A stretch of 64,000 bases of DNA from an uncultured delta proteobacterium (GTDB lineage: Bacteria; Bdellovibrionota; FAC87; UBA2466), in NCBI GenBank assembly GCA_963778115.1, contig CAVZSV010000004.1, forward strand, positions 1,920,001 through 1,984,000, given 5' to 3'. The notes below the pieces were generated by a model that saw only the letters and a list, made by a program, of their open reading frames with translations, did no database searches and was not told the origin of the DNA. This document shows, piece after piece, positions 29,981 through 39,943 of the stretch. A program made the translations under genes and the position numbers. Every line of letters starts with the position of its first letter. The stretch's first letter is position 1.

Positions 29981-29988
29981 AGATCTCT

Positions 29989-31199
29989 ATGACCTCGAAG
30001 CCCCAAGCACTAAAAAAGCTGTCTTCCCAGGACCATTACGGCACAGTGTTTCAGGAAAAGGAGGGGGCAGACCCCGTCGAACTGGGGCGCCTGCACTTTC
30101 AAAATGCCATCGAGATCCTGGAGTATCGGCTTGAGAAAAATCGTGACTTACGGCGTCTACCATTGACGCCAGCCATGTCGGAAAAACTTCGTCACGAGTG
30201 CATGGAGTTTCTCAAGAAAGAAGCCGCGGGCACTTTTGAAAACGACAATTTAAAACATGTGGGACGACTCATCTCTCACATGAAGCGTTATTCCGCCGAT
30301 CTTAAGAACGCACTTGGGATCGAAGCGGAAGATGCCATTTTACTAGCCGCTCTGCATGACCTTGGAAAGGCCCAGTCAGCACCGGCGATCGAGGAGTTTT
30401 TGACCACGATTTACGGCGATTTTATTAACTTAAGAGTGCTCCCCCATGAACTGTATTCGATGTATTGGATTCAGCAGATCTCGCGAAAGGCCGGAATTCC
30501 CGAGAACATCGCGCATACGTTAATGGACCAGATCGCTAATCATAACTTTGGCCCCAATCTGAGTGATCCCAGTAACAAACATTTTTTGCAGTCAGCGCCT
30601 GGAGCACCGCACTGGTGGGTGGAACACTGGAAAGCGTGGGCCGCCAAAGCCAATGCTGCTGGAATGAGCGTTAACCCGATCTACGGATCCCCGAGTCTCC
30701 GTTAGCTCTAACGCTAGTCTTTTTCGATCGTGTGGATGGAGGACATCCCCATTCTTGGGAAAAGTTTCTCAATCAGGACGTCCTCTCCGGGCAGATGCAA
30801 TTTACGCCGCAAAATATCATAAGCATTTTGGAAGATTCTCAGCAAACCTCCAGGGAACAGGTCGACGCGGTGGCTAAACAACTGCATTCCCATTTCACGA
30901 AAAACATCTCTCTAAAGGATTTCAGTCCTTATACGGACGCTGTCGAAATGCTCGATAGGAGCAAATTGACCGTGGATATCTTGAAGGAATCTAATCGACC
31001 TGAAATACGCGCAAAAAAAAATGTAACGGCCCCGAATGCCATCCTTTACAAAGACAAGACGGACACTTGGATTCGAATCGATGGCGCGCCAGGAACCGCG
31101 GCAAAGTACCGTTGGGATAGCAATCGCTGGCGGTTACTCACCCGTTCCGATCGGCCGGTTGCAATATTCTTGGAAGCGGTCTATTTGGATTGGAAATAA
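29989..31199 (+). pseudogene. HD-domain metal-dependent phosphohydrolase split by one frameshift (or a sequencing error)
   Basis: First ORF has ALHDLGK, PHE..S and IANHN. Adding one C to the C4 run at 30689-30692 joins it to SPLALTLVFFDRVDG (expected final Asp) and the 30732-31199 ORF. Confidence 0.7.
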
Positions 31200-31203
31200 A
31201 GAG

Positions 31204-31731
31204 CTACTCTTCGTTAGTAATCGAAAGAGCTTTCAATTTAATTTTCTTAACCACTAATTCGAGTTTTCCGGTCTGCCTGGTAACGACGCGATCATCAGTA
31301 CCTTCGGCTTCGAAAGTGGCCATTACATCAACGAAGGTTCTATTGGAGAGTGAAAACGTGCGAACGAACCAAAATTGAGTCTTGCGAACTGCCCCTTGCT
31401 TACTGGCTAGGCGGGTTTGGATCGAATCCCACACTTCCCATTTAACGACCTCTATGCCCTTTCTATACTGGTCCGCGTTTGCGGGATCGAGTCGGATCAA
31501 CACGGTTAGAACTTGCTCACCAAAATCACGTAATCCCAACTCTGGAGGCTCACTTACATTCGGTTCTTTGGCTAAGACGGTGTCGATACCGCTTAGAACC
31601 GCGCCCGCACAAAGCCCCGCGGTAGTTGCTAAGAAATGCCGCCGACTTTCCTCGGCCAATCCAGAAGAACTGAGAACAGCTAAGAGTCCAAGAACCGTGA
31701 GGATAACGGGTAAGCGGGGAGAGGGCTTCAT
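31204..31731 (-). CDS. Secreted hypothetical protein
   Basis: Hydrophobic signal ending GLA, followed by SRRHFL. Confidence 0.65.
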   Translation of the reverse strand: MKPSPRLPVILTVLGLLAVLSSSGLAEESRRHFLATTAGLCAGAVLSGIDTVLAKEPNVSEPPELGLRDFGEQVLTVLIRLDPANADQYRKGIEVVKWEVWDSIQTRLASKQGAVRKTQFWFVRTFSLSNRTFVDVMATFEAEGTDDRVVTRQTGKLELVVKKIKLKALSITNEE

Positions 31732-31782
31732 GGGGCGAAACCCTAACGTCCAATTTCAAAAAGGACAACCAAAATCGAAACG

Positions 31783-32508
31783 CTAAAGTTTTTCGTCCAG
31801 AACGTTGCGCACAGCCATCCAGCTGCGGGGATCGATGAGATAACTAAAATGCGTGAAAGGGCTCATGTCGACTTGCTCAGTCCCCTCCACCCGAGCCGCT
31901 TCGGGGGGAATCACTAGCAAATCGTTTTTGCTCCAAAAGGTGATCCCACGCACGCCTTTCGGCCAACGAGAGGCTCGTATCTTTTGAATCGTTTCACTCT
32001 CGGGTTGAAGCGATCTTCCCAATTCCGTATCGATGTAACGAGCTTGAAAAGTCCCGTGGTGAGGAGTGCCCATGGTGATTAGGGTCGCAATACTCTCTTC
32101 CAAATGGTGATCGACGATGGCCAAGCGGGAGATGATGCCGCCCAAGCTGTATCCCAGAATGTCTACTTTCGGCGCACGGTTTACTTTAGCGACTCGTTGA
32201 ATGAAACGGGCGAGCGTTCGGCTCATCTCGTCCACCGATCGTTTGTCCGACAGACCTATGCGATAGACTCTTTTTCTTCCAAAAAGTCTAAGAAAGTATT
32301 CTAGGGGCAGCAGATCACCGCGGCTGCCGCCTAAACCGTGCACCAAGATCAAAGGAGGATAGCCGTCGTCTTTGCCTTCCTTTACAGACATTTTCTTGGG
32401 AGAAAAAAACGAATAGGTGAGCAACGGGAGGTGTAGCAGGTGACGGTAGACGTCCTCGTGGAGGATTGACGAAAAACTCGATATGTTGGCGCGAAGCCCA
32501 GATCCCAT
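31783..32508 (-). CDS. Alpha/beta hydrolase (lipase class 2/PGAP1-like)
   Basis: LVHGLGG oxyanion motif; GYSLGG; GTPHHGT; D..V and His near the C-terminus. ATG at 32508 follows AAGGAG. Confidence 0.85.
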   Translation of the reverse strand: MGSGLRANISSFSSILHEDVYRHLLHLPLLTYSFFSPKKMSVKEGKDDGYPPLILVHGLGGSRGDLLPLEYFLRLFGRKRVYRIGLSDKRSVDEMSRTLARFIQRVAKVNRAPKVDILGYSLGGIISRLAIVDHHLEESIATLITMGTPHHGTFQARYIDTELGRSLQPESETIQKIRASRWPKGVRGITFWSKNDLLVIPPEAARVEGTEQVDMSPFTHFSYLIDPRSWMAVRNVLDEKL

Positions 32509-32671
32509 CGCCGTCTCCTTACCTCTATAGTGAAGCACACTTCCCAGAGGGTGTATGCAAAGTCCTCTGCCCGATTCCTAAGTCGCCTAAAATGCTCAAA
32601 TAACTATTTGAAATTATAATGGATTTATAATCTTTATCACAAAGCGTCTAAAACTGCCGAAAAGTTAGACG

Positions 32672-33727
32672 GTGGTGTCTATGGAAGTCTACCGACTCTC
32701 TTGGGTTTTATGGTTTCTCGTTTTTTCTCTAGTTCCTCTTATGCCCAGGACCTCTTTCGCGCAAAGCTGGTGGGAAAAGAATCGAGATTTGGGATCGGTA
32801 AATGCCGACAGCGATTCGGACACGACTTTGGCACCTAGCCAAACTCCGGCTGCCGATTCCGCTCCCGCCCCGGGTGAAAATCTCTCCAAACCCATGGCCA
32901 CGCCTCAAAAAGAGCAACTACCCGATGTGGAGGCCTCCCCGCCCCCCGCCCCAGCTCCCATGAAGCGAAAGAAACGTAGACAACGTGCGGTTACTAGTAG
33001 CGATACCTCTGAAACCAGTGTTTCCGCAAAAGCGAACAAAGAAGATTTGGATAATATTTTTCGTCTGAGTTTTTTAGGAGGATTCAGCCCCTCGAGTTCA
33101 GCGCCTTCCAGCGGAGGAACCGGATCGATCTCCACCAGTCTGGCGAGCTTGGGTCTTAACGCCGATCTCCAACTTCACTATTTTGGATTTGAAGGGGATG
33201 GGTTCTACGGTTTTGGTACCGGAACGGATACTTCGGGATCGACGTCGACTGCATTCGGGGTCACCTCTTTGGGCGGCTACCTTGCGGCAAAAGGGCAACT
33301 GCCGTTTTATACGGGGTCGGTTCGGTGGGTCCCTAAATTAGGAATTGGATTTTCCGCCTACTCAGAGAGTTTTGCCGTAGTAGGAAGTTCAAGTGCTGCG
33401 GCACAAAAAAACTCGCTCTCGGGAGCGTACGGAGAGGTCGGCTTTGAAGTCTATCTCCTTAGCTGGTTAATTCTAACGGCTGACTATTCTCATTCTCTAG
33501 CCGCTTCTGGAACGATGTCAGGGGTAATTTTAGGAGGCACAACCGTTTCAGCGCCAATGCAATCGCCCGACTTTTCGCGTATCCGAGCAGGAGGAATCGT
33601 TCGATTGAGCGACCACTTCAATCTTGGAGTTCAGTTCGTGGATAGAATTTTCAACTGGGGAAGCTCCGGCGTTGCGGAATCGGAATCCCAATCGGTAATC
33701 CTAGGAACCATCGGGCTAGAATGGTAA
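32672..33727 (+). CDS. Outer-membrane beta-barrel protein with a Pro/Lys-rich N-terminal linker
   Basis: Signal peptide; low-complexity linker; amphipathic strands; terminal IGLEW. Confidence 0.68.
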   Translation: MVSMEVYRLSWVLWFLVFSLVPLMPRTSFAQSWWEKNRDLGSVNADSDSDTTLAPSQTPAADSAPAPGENLSKPMATPQKEQLPDVEASPPPAPAPMKRKKRRQRAVTSSDTSETSVSAKANKEDLDNIFRLSFLGGFSPSSSAPSSGGTGSISTSLASLGLNADLQLHYFGFEGDGFYGFGTGTDTSGSTSTAFGVTSLGGYLAAKGQLPFYTGSVRWVPKLGIGFSAYSESFAVVGSSSAAAQKNSLSGAYGEVGFEVYLLSWLILTADYSHSLAASGTMSGVILGGTTVSAPMQSPDFSRIRAGGIVRLSDHFNLGVQFVDRIFNWGSSGVAESESQSVILGTIGLEW

Positions 33728-33736
33728 CCCGCTCAC

Positions 33737-34213
33737 CTACTTAATCGTCACCGGAACCGAGACAGGAACGGTCATCGGGAAGAAACAGGTCTTTTCGTTG
33801 CAGGCCTGATACCGGAGCGTACCTTCGAGAGTCACTTTTCCTGGCTTCGTGCCCGCCGCTACTTTAAGTGGGATTTTAATCTCAAACTTGCCTTCGTAGG
33901 TCGGAATTTCCGATCCCAGTCCAGGCACTAGATGCTTCTTGCCTTCGGGATAGATGGGACTTTTAGCCTCCACTCCTTCTTTACCGGTAAGAGTAAGGGT
34001 AGTCGGAATCAGATTGGGAGCTCCGGCGGGATTGGTTTGGACATGAAATCCTTTGTCTACTTCCGCCGTGATTACGGCATCGGCCCCAGCGGCAGCACTA
34101 AGCTTTACCGGGGATACCTTTTTTAACGTCAAATATTTTGCGGCAGGCAGCGCGGCTATGGCCAAAGAGGTTATCGTCGCCATTGTCATCGCCATGAAGA
34201 GTAGAAATTTCAT
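33737..34213 (-). CDS. Periplasmic DsbD N-terminal-like (protein-disulfide reductase) domain protein
   Basis: GFHV, YP.G and G.LRYQACNEKTCFFP motifs. Confidence 0.85.
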   Translation of the reverse strand: MKFLLFMAMTMATITSLAIAALPAAKYLTLKKVSPVKLSAAAGADAVITAEVDKGFHVQTNPAGAPNLIPTTLTLTGKEGVEAKSPIYPEGKKHLVPGLGSEIPTYEGKFEIKIPLKVAAGTKPGKVTLEGTLRYQACNEKTCFFPMTVPVSVPVTIK

Positions 34214-34232
34214 AGTGTCCCTTTTGAACGCT

Positions 34233-34550
34233 TTATTTGGAAGCCGCTTTTACCATCGGTTCCAGCTCTCCCCGCTGAAACAGCTCGCGAACGATATCAC
34301 AGCCACCGACAAATTTTCCGCCGATAAAGATCTGCGGAATGGTCGGCCATTTGGTAAATTGCTTCACGCCTTCGCGAATCTCGGGATCAGAAAGAACATC
34401 GCGAGTTTCGTATTTGGCTCCTAAGTGGTTAAAGATGTCCATCACCGCTTTAGAAAAACCACATTGAGGAAACTGAGGGTTTCCTTTCACATAAAGCAAG
34501 ATAGGGTTCTTGGCGACGTCTTCAGCAATTCGTTTTTGAATATCATCCAT
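34233..34550 (-). CDS. grxD: Monothiol glutaredoxin Grx4
   Basis: KG....PQCGFS, WPTIPQ and GGCDI motifs. Confidence 0.96.
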   Translation of the reverse strand: MDDIQKRIAEDVAKNPILLYVKGNPQFPQCGFSKAVMDIFNHLGAKYETRDVLSDPEIREGVKQFTKWPTIPQIFIGGKFVGGCDIVRELFQRGELEPMVKAASK

Positions 34551-34577
34551 AGTTAGTCTCCCGTAGTCTGCGACTCA

Positions 34578-34823
34578 TTAAGTTCCCTTGGCTTCCAAGG
34601 GGGTTAGCGTTTTTAAAGCCAGGGCGTGAATCTCTTTACCCACTTTATCGCCCAACAGTGAATAGATCATACGGTGACGATCCACAAGCCCCTTACCCTC
34701 AAACTCGGGGGTTACAATGAAGAGCTCAAAATGGTCGCCTCCCCCAGTAAGATCGCGCACTTCCACTCGAGCACCTGGAAAAGCGCCCGACACCATATTT
34801 TGAATCATGTCCTTCGTCTGCAT
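34578..34823 (-). CDS. bolA: BolA/IbaG family protein
   Basis: GGGDHF, F.G...V.RHRMIY and IHALAL.T motifs; adjacent to grxD. Confidence 0.93.
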   Translation of the reverse strand: MQTKDMIQNMVSGAFPGARVEVRDLTGGGDHFELFIVTPEFEGKGLVDRHRMIYSLLGDKVGKEIHALALKTLTPLEAKGT

Positions 34824-34887
34824 CAGCTCCTACTCATACCCTAACCCAACCTACCATTGCAACGTGACCGTGGTAATATCCCCCGCC

Positions 34888-35802
34888 ATGAATATAGCTT
34901 CTTTACTGCCCTGCGCTACCGAAATGGTCTTTGCCTTGGGGTTGGGAGATGAACTTGTGGGGGTCTCCCACGAATGTGATTTTCCCGCCCTCGTGAAGCA
35001 ATTGCCCGTCCTTACCAAAGCCAATGTCGACTATACCCGCCGCGGACGACTCATCGATGCTGACGTGCGCACCCGACTCCGTCAGGGGCTTAGTATGTAC
35101 GAGCTCGACATTGAAACGTTACGATCCCTCTCGCCTGACGTGATCCTGACCCAAGATCAATGCGAAGTGTGCGCGGTTTCACTCAGTGAAGTCGAAGAGA
35201 CGATGTGCAGAATTATCGAGAAGAAAATTAAGGTTATCTCTTTGTCTCCTCACCGCCTTGAAGAGATTTTTGGAGATATCCTGCGCCTGGGCGGAATGTT
35301 GGGAGCTCCTTCCCCAGCCGCAACTTTACTGGGATCCTTGCGCGCTAGACTTTCCGCCCTCTCCGATTTTCAAGTGCAACCAGTCCCTCGAGTCCTGTGC
35401 ATGGAGTGGTTCGAACCTCCCATGATAGGAGGGGGCTGGATTCCCGAATTAGTTCGTCTGGCCGGAGGAGAGCCCCTTATCGTTACCGAGCCTATCCGTT
35501 TTCGCGAAACCGGTTGGGAAGAGGTCCTCGCTTCCGACCCCGACATCTTCTGCCTTTTTCCCTGCGGATATCCCGTCGCAAAAACCCTCCGGGAGATTTC
35601 AACTTCAAGAGAGACTCTATTTTTAAAAAAATTGCGCGCGGTACAAAACGGGAATGCTTATATCCTGGATGGAAACGCCTATTTCAATCGCCCCGGCCCT
35701 CGCATCGTTGATAGCGCTGAAATTCTCTTGGGCGTCCTTCAACCCAGTGCCCGTCACTTCCGCGCCCACTACGCATCGGCCATCGCTAAGATTTGCCTTT
35801 AG
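34888..35802 (+). CDS. BtuF/TroA-like cobalamin/Fe-siderophore substrate-binding family protein (no signal peptide)
   Basis: IASLLP.ATE, VGVSHECDFP, PDVILTQDQCEVCAV and YFNRPGPR motifs. Confidence 0.85.
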   Translation: MNIASLLPCATEMVFALGLGDELVGVSHECDFPALVKQLPVLTKANVDYTRRGRLIDADVRTRLRQGLSMYELDIETLRSLSPDVILTQDQCEVCAVSLSEVEETMCRIIEKKIKVISLSPHRLEEIFGDILRLGGMLGAPSPAATLLGSLRARLSALSDFQVQPVPRVLCMEWFEPPMIGGGWIPELVRLAGGEPLIVTEPIRFRETGWEEVLASDPDIFCLFPCGYPVAKTLREISTSRETLFLKKLRAVQNGNAYILDGNAYFNRPGPRIVDSAEILLGVLQPSARHFRAHYASAIAKICL

Positions 35803-35827
35803 CGCTTGAGTATGTGTTATTGGGGCG

Positions 35828-37402
35828 ATGAAAATGACAACACTCGAGCCAAAATTGAGTGGGAACGCTACTCCCGAAGGGACAGCGCGCTATGCGGCAC
35901 GTTTTGTAGCTACTGGAATTCCCGAGACCGCTTTCCGACTCTTAGGCACTACAGGACTTACGACCTCTCTGTTAGGATTTGGCAGCTATCGAATCGATGA
36001 AGAGACTCCCGCCCATGCTGCGGCTCTTTCTAAAGCGCTCCGCGAGGGATGCAATCTCATTGATACCTCCACCAATTATTCCGATGGAAGTAGTGAGACC
36101 TGCATTGGAATTACTCTCCAGTCGTTAATCGCACTGAAGAAGATCGCGCGAGACGAAGTCATCCTAGTCTCAAAAGTCGGTTACGTTCAGGGCTCCAATC
36201 TAGAGATCGCGGAAAAAAGAGAAGCCGAGGGCGTCGCCTTTCCTGAGATGGTCAAATACATGGACGGCTGTTGGCACTGCATCCATCCCGATTTCATCTC
36301 AGAACAGTTAGAGCTAAGTCTTCAAAGACTGCAGTCGGAACGGCTTGACGTCTATCTTCTACACAATCCGGAATATTTTCTTTCCGACGCCAATCAAAGG
36401 GGAGACGGTGACGTCGCCTCTAGAAGAAAAGCATTCTATGAACGGATCGAAAAAGCCTTCATCCGCCTCGAAGAAGAGGTCAAAAAAGGAAGGATCTCCT
36501 ACTACGGAGTTTCTTCTAATACCGTTGTGGCCCCCGCAGACGATCCCGAAGCCACTTCACTAAGTGAAATGTTGGGCTGTGCCAAACGCGCGGCTCAAAA
36601 TCTCGGTCTTAAGGAGTCTCATTTTCAAGTCATTCAACTCCCCGCCAATCTCTTGGAAAGTGGGGCCGTGCTAGAAAAAAATACCGGCACCAAGAATAAT
36701 TCCACGGTTCTTGCTACCGCCCAGGCCAATAAATTGGGAGTTTTGATCAACCGCCCGCTAAACGCCATCATCGAAGGGCAGCTGTTTAGAATGGCCAACT
36801 TTTCCGTCGATTCCGCGCACCCTTCGAGCCGCTCGCTATTACCCGAAGTGAAGGTTCTGGAAGATGAGTTCGTAACCAACATCGCGCCCCAGATCAATAC
36901 TGGTCCTGGAGTTTCTTCTTCGGAGTTCTTTCAGTGGGCCGACGAATTATCAAAGTCCGATATTAATCTCTCTTTGGAGCAGTGGCAGTCAATTCAATCA
37001 CGCGCCATCATTCCTCGCGTAAATTACCTAGTGGGCCAGCTCAATGATTTCATGGTCGGAGATTTGGGGCAGGTCTGGGAAGGCTGGCGTGACAGATATC
37101 TGCCGGAGCTAAAGAAACTTCTTTCAGCGGTGGAAAATGAGTGTGCGGCCCGAAGCGAAGAGCTGAGTCAGAGATTTAGCCATCGGATTAATAAACTTCT
37201 GCCAGAGGCATGGAGAAGCCTAACGCTCTCCCAAAAAAGCATCGGAATTCTTGCCCACACGAAAGGAGTTACTTCCGTATTAAACGGAATGCGCACTCCA
37301 GACTATGTGAATGATTCCCTTGCGGTTCTACGCCAACCGCCTTTTCAGGTAGACGAAAAAATCTACGGAAGTTTGACGGAACCGAAGTCGAGTAATGCGT
37401 GA
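35828..37402 (+). CDS. Aldo/keto reductase family protein with a large C-terminal insertion
   Basis: LGFGSYR, NLIDTSTNY.DG.SE, SKVGY, DVYLLHNPE and YGVSSN motifs. Confidence 0.88.
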   Translation: MKMTTLEPKLSGNATPEGTARYAARFVATGIPETAFRLLGTTGLTTSLLGFGSYRIDEETPAHAAALSKALREGCNLIDTSTNYSDGSSETCIGITLQSLIALKKIARDEVILVSKVGYVQGSNLEIAEKREAEGVAFPEMVKYMDGCWHCIHPDFISEQLELSLQRLQSERLDVYLLHNPEYFLSDANQRGDGDVASRRKAFYERIEKAFIRLEEEVKKGRISYYGVSSNTVVAPADDPEATSLSEMLGCAKRAAQNLGLKESHFQVIQLPANLLESGAVLEKNTGTKNNSTVLATAQANKLGVLINRPLNAIIEGQLFRMANFSVDSAHPSSRSLLPEVKVLEDEFVTNIAPQINTGPGVSSSEFFQWADELSKSDINLSLEQWQSIQSRAIIPRVNYLVGQLNDFMVGDLGQVWEGWRDRYLPELKKLLSAVENECAARSEELSQRFSHRINKLLPEAWRSLTLSQKSIGILAHTKGVTSVLNGMRTPDYVNDSLAVLRQPPFQVDEKIYGSLTEPKSSNA

Positions 37403-37512
37403 GGTTTACGGCTGTGCCAATTACGGACAGAAAAGGGGTTCGTGCAAGGACGAAAAAAGTGCCACTGCGACGAACGAAGCGACGCGCCAACCCGTAAGTC
37501 GAAACAGGACCC

Positions 37513-38469
37513 TTATTTCGAATATCTCTTCAAATCAGACTTCACCATCATCTCGATCATCTCAGGAAAGCTCACTTCACGCTTCCAGCCCAATTCTCTA
37601 ATGGCTCGCTCGGGGTTCCCAAGCAAATGATCGACTTCGGCAGGTCTTAAGAAAGCAGGATCGGTAACCACATATTCCTCAAAGTTGAGTCCGACGCATT
37701 CAAAGGCAATCTTCGCGAACTCCCGCACGGAATGGGTCTCGGCCGTGGCCACTACATAATCGGTGGGTTCCGATCTTTGAAGCATGAGCCACATCGCCCT
37801 AACATAGTCCCCCGCATATCCCCAATCACGAGTGGCTTGCAGATTCCCCAAAGCAAGCTTCGTAGCCAGCCCCAACTTGATGCGCGCGACTCCATCGGTA
37901 ATCTTTCGCGTGACGAATTCCAATCCACGCCGGGGAGACTCGTGGTTGAACAAAATCCCCGAGACCGCAAACATCCCGTAGGACTCACGATAGTTTACCG
38001 TAATGTGGTGACCGTAGACTTTGGCCACTCCATAGGGACTTCTTGGGTGAAAAGGCGTCTTTTCCGTCTGCGGAACTTCAAGGACCTTTCCGAACATTTC
38101 AGAGCTAGAGGCCTGATACATTTTTGCTTTAGGAACGGTGGCTCTCATCGCTTCCAAAAGTCGCGTCACTCCGGTCGCCGTAAATTCCGCCGTCAAGACG
38201 GGCTGAGCCCACGAGGTGGGTACGAAACTTTGGGCGCCTAAATTGTACACTTCGTCGGGTTTGGAATGGGCTAGGGCCTGGTGCAATGAAACTTGGTCCA
38301 ACAGATCGGCTTGAAGCAATTCGATCTGATCTCGGATATGGGCTATTCGTTCGTAATTCTCGCTAGAAGATCTCCGGACAAGACCAAATACCTTATATTT
38401 CTTGGTGAGCAGAAATTCGGCGAGATATGACCCGTCCTGGCCCGTAATCCCGGTTATCAGTGCTTTCAT
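37513..38469 (-). CDS. gmd: GDP-mannose 4,6-dehydratase
   Basis: [39 protein letters not shown] and RDWG motifs. Confidence 0.96.
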   Translation of the reverse strand: MKALITGITGQDGSYLAEFLLTKKYKVFGLVRRSSSENYERIAHIRDQIELLQADLLDQVSLHQALAHSKPDEVYNLGAQSFVPTSWAQPVLTAEFTATGVTRLLEAMRATVPKAKMYQASSSEMFGKVLEVPQTEKTPFHPRSPYGVAKVYGHHITVNYRESYGMFAVSGILFNHESPRRGLEFVTRKITDGVARIKLGLATKLALGNLQATRDWGYAGDYVRAMWLMLQRSEPTDYVVATAETHSVREFAKIAFECVGLNFEEYVVTDPAFLRPAEVDHLLGNPERAIRELGWKREVSFPEMIEMMVKSDLKRYSK

Positions 38470-38491
38470 GGTTTCTTTCCAACTCGGGTGG

Positions 38492-39943
38492 CTAACTCTC
38501 TAGTGCCTTCTTCACGAGTTCATTCAGAACGGCCGGATTGCCCTGCCCCTTGGTTTCCTTCATCGCCTGGCCCACGAAATAACCCAGAAGCTTCACTTTC
38601 CCCGCCTTATATTCGGCGACCTGGCCGGGGTTCGCTTCAATGATCTTGCTAATGATCGCTTCGAGCTGACTCGTGTCGCTAATCTGGACCAGTCCCTTTT
38701 CCTTAATAATAACGGCAGCGGCCTTTCCTGTCGCAAACATTTCTTCAAAGACCGTCTTAGCTATTTTCCCGCTGATCTCTGACGCATCGATCTTGCAGAT
38801 TAATTCACCGAGGCTCGCTGCTTTGACTGGTGATTTTTCGATCTCAAGACCTGCGGCATTGAGGCGTCCCAGAAGTTCATTCATCACCCAATTGGCGGCC
38901 CCCTTGGGATTTTTAGTAAGAAGTGCCACCTCTTCGTAGTAACTGGCTAACTCCTTGGCGGCCGTAAGTACCGAAGCATCATAGTCGGACAGTTGGTAAG
39001 CCGTCACAAATCTTTGGCGTAACGCATCCGGAAGCTCGGGCATGTTTTTTTCTATCTCTTCTCTCCAGCTCTTAGAGATCACAAGGGCAGGGAGATCAGG
39101 CTCAGGAAAATAACGATAATCGTGAGCTTCTTCTTTGTCTCGCATGGGCTCGGTCATGTTCTTAGCCGAATTCCAAAGTCGAGTCTGCTGAGTAATTTTT
39201 TCTCCGGTCTCAATCGCATTGATTTGACGTTCGATTTCAAAATCGATGGCCTTTTCCACATAACGGAAGGAGTTGATATTCTTTAGCTCGACCTTAGTTC
39301 CGAACTTTTCCTGCCCTCGAGGCCGCACTGAAATATTGGCGTCACAGCGAAAGTTTCCTTCTTCCATGTTGCCGTCGCAAACTTGGGCAAAACGCAAAAT
39401 GCTTCTTAGCGTGCGAAGGTACTGGCCTGCCTCATGAGAAGATCGCATATCGGCTTCGCTTACGATCTCACAAAGAGGAACGCCGGCACGGTTTAGATTC
39501 ACTAATGTCCCGTGCCCCTCATGAACGGATTTTCCCGCATCTTCTTCAAAATGGATCCGGTGCAAGCGAAAGATCTTCTCCTCGCCACTCTTTAAACGAA
39601 CCGGCAGCTTTCCGTTCTTACAGAAGGGGCGCTCATATTGGCTGATCTGATAGCCCTTCGGCAGATCGGGATAGAAATAGTTCTTTCGGGCAAAGATGCT
39701 CTCTTCAAAAATCTCACAGTGAAGTGCCAAAGCCGCTCGAACTCCCAACTCTATCGCAAACTGATTCACCACCGGAAGTGAGCCGGGCTGTCCGGTACAG
39801 ACGGGACAAATATTCGTATTTGCCTCCGACCCGAAATGGTTCGGGCACGAACAGAACATTTTACTCTTGGTTAAGAGTTGCGCATGGACCTCAAGGCCGA
39901 TGACCGGTTCGTACTTCGTCAGCCATTTTTCAAGATTACTCAT
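38492..39943 (-). CDS. gatB: Asp/Glu-tRNA amidotransferase subunit B
   Basis: [39 protein letters not shown] and [10 protein letters not shown] motifs. Confidence 0.98.
   Translation of the reverse strand: MSNLEKWLTKYEPVIGLEVHAQLLTKSKMFCSCPNHFGSEANTNICPVCTGQPGSLPVVNQFAIELGVRAALALHCEIFEESIFARKNYFYPDLPKGYQISQYERPFCKNGKLPVRLKSGEEKIFRLHRIHFEEDAGKSVHEGHGTLVNLNRAGVPLCEIVSEADMRSSHEAGQYLRTLRSILRFAQVCDGNMEEGNFRCDANISVRPRGQEKFGTKVELKNINSFRYVEKAIDFEIERQINAIETGEKITQQTRLWNSAKNMTEPMRDKEEAHDYRYFPEPDLPALVISKSWREEIEKNMPELPDALRQRFVTAYQLSDYDASVLTAAKELASYYEEVALLTKNPKGAANWVMNELLGRLNAAGLEIEKSPVKAASLGELICKIDASEISGKIAKTVFEEMFATGKAAAVIIKEKGLVQISDTSQLEAIISKIIEANPGQVAEYKAGKVKLLGYFVGQAMKETKGQGNPAVLNELVKKALES

Noticed and set aside
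32554..32575. Sigma54-like site upstream of the lipase gene
   Set aside because: Spacing is GG-N11-GC, one base too long.
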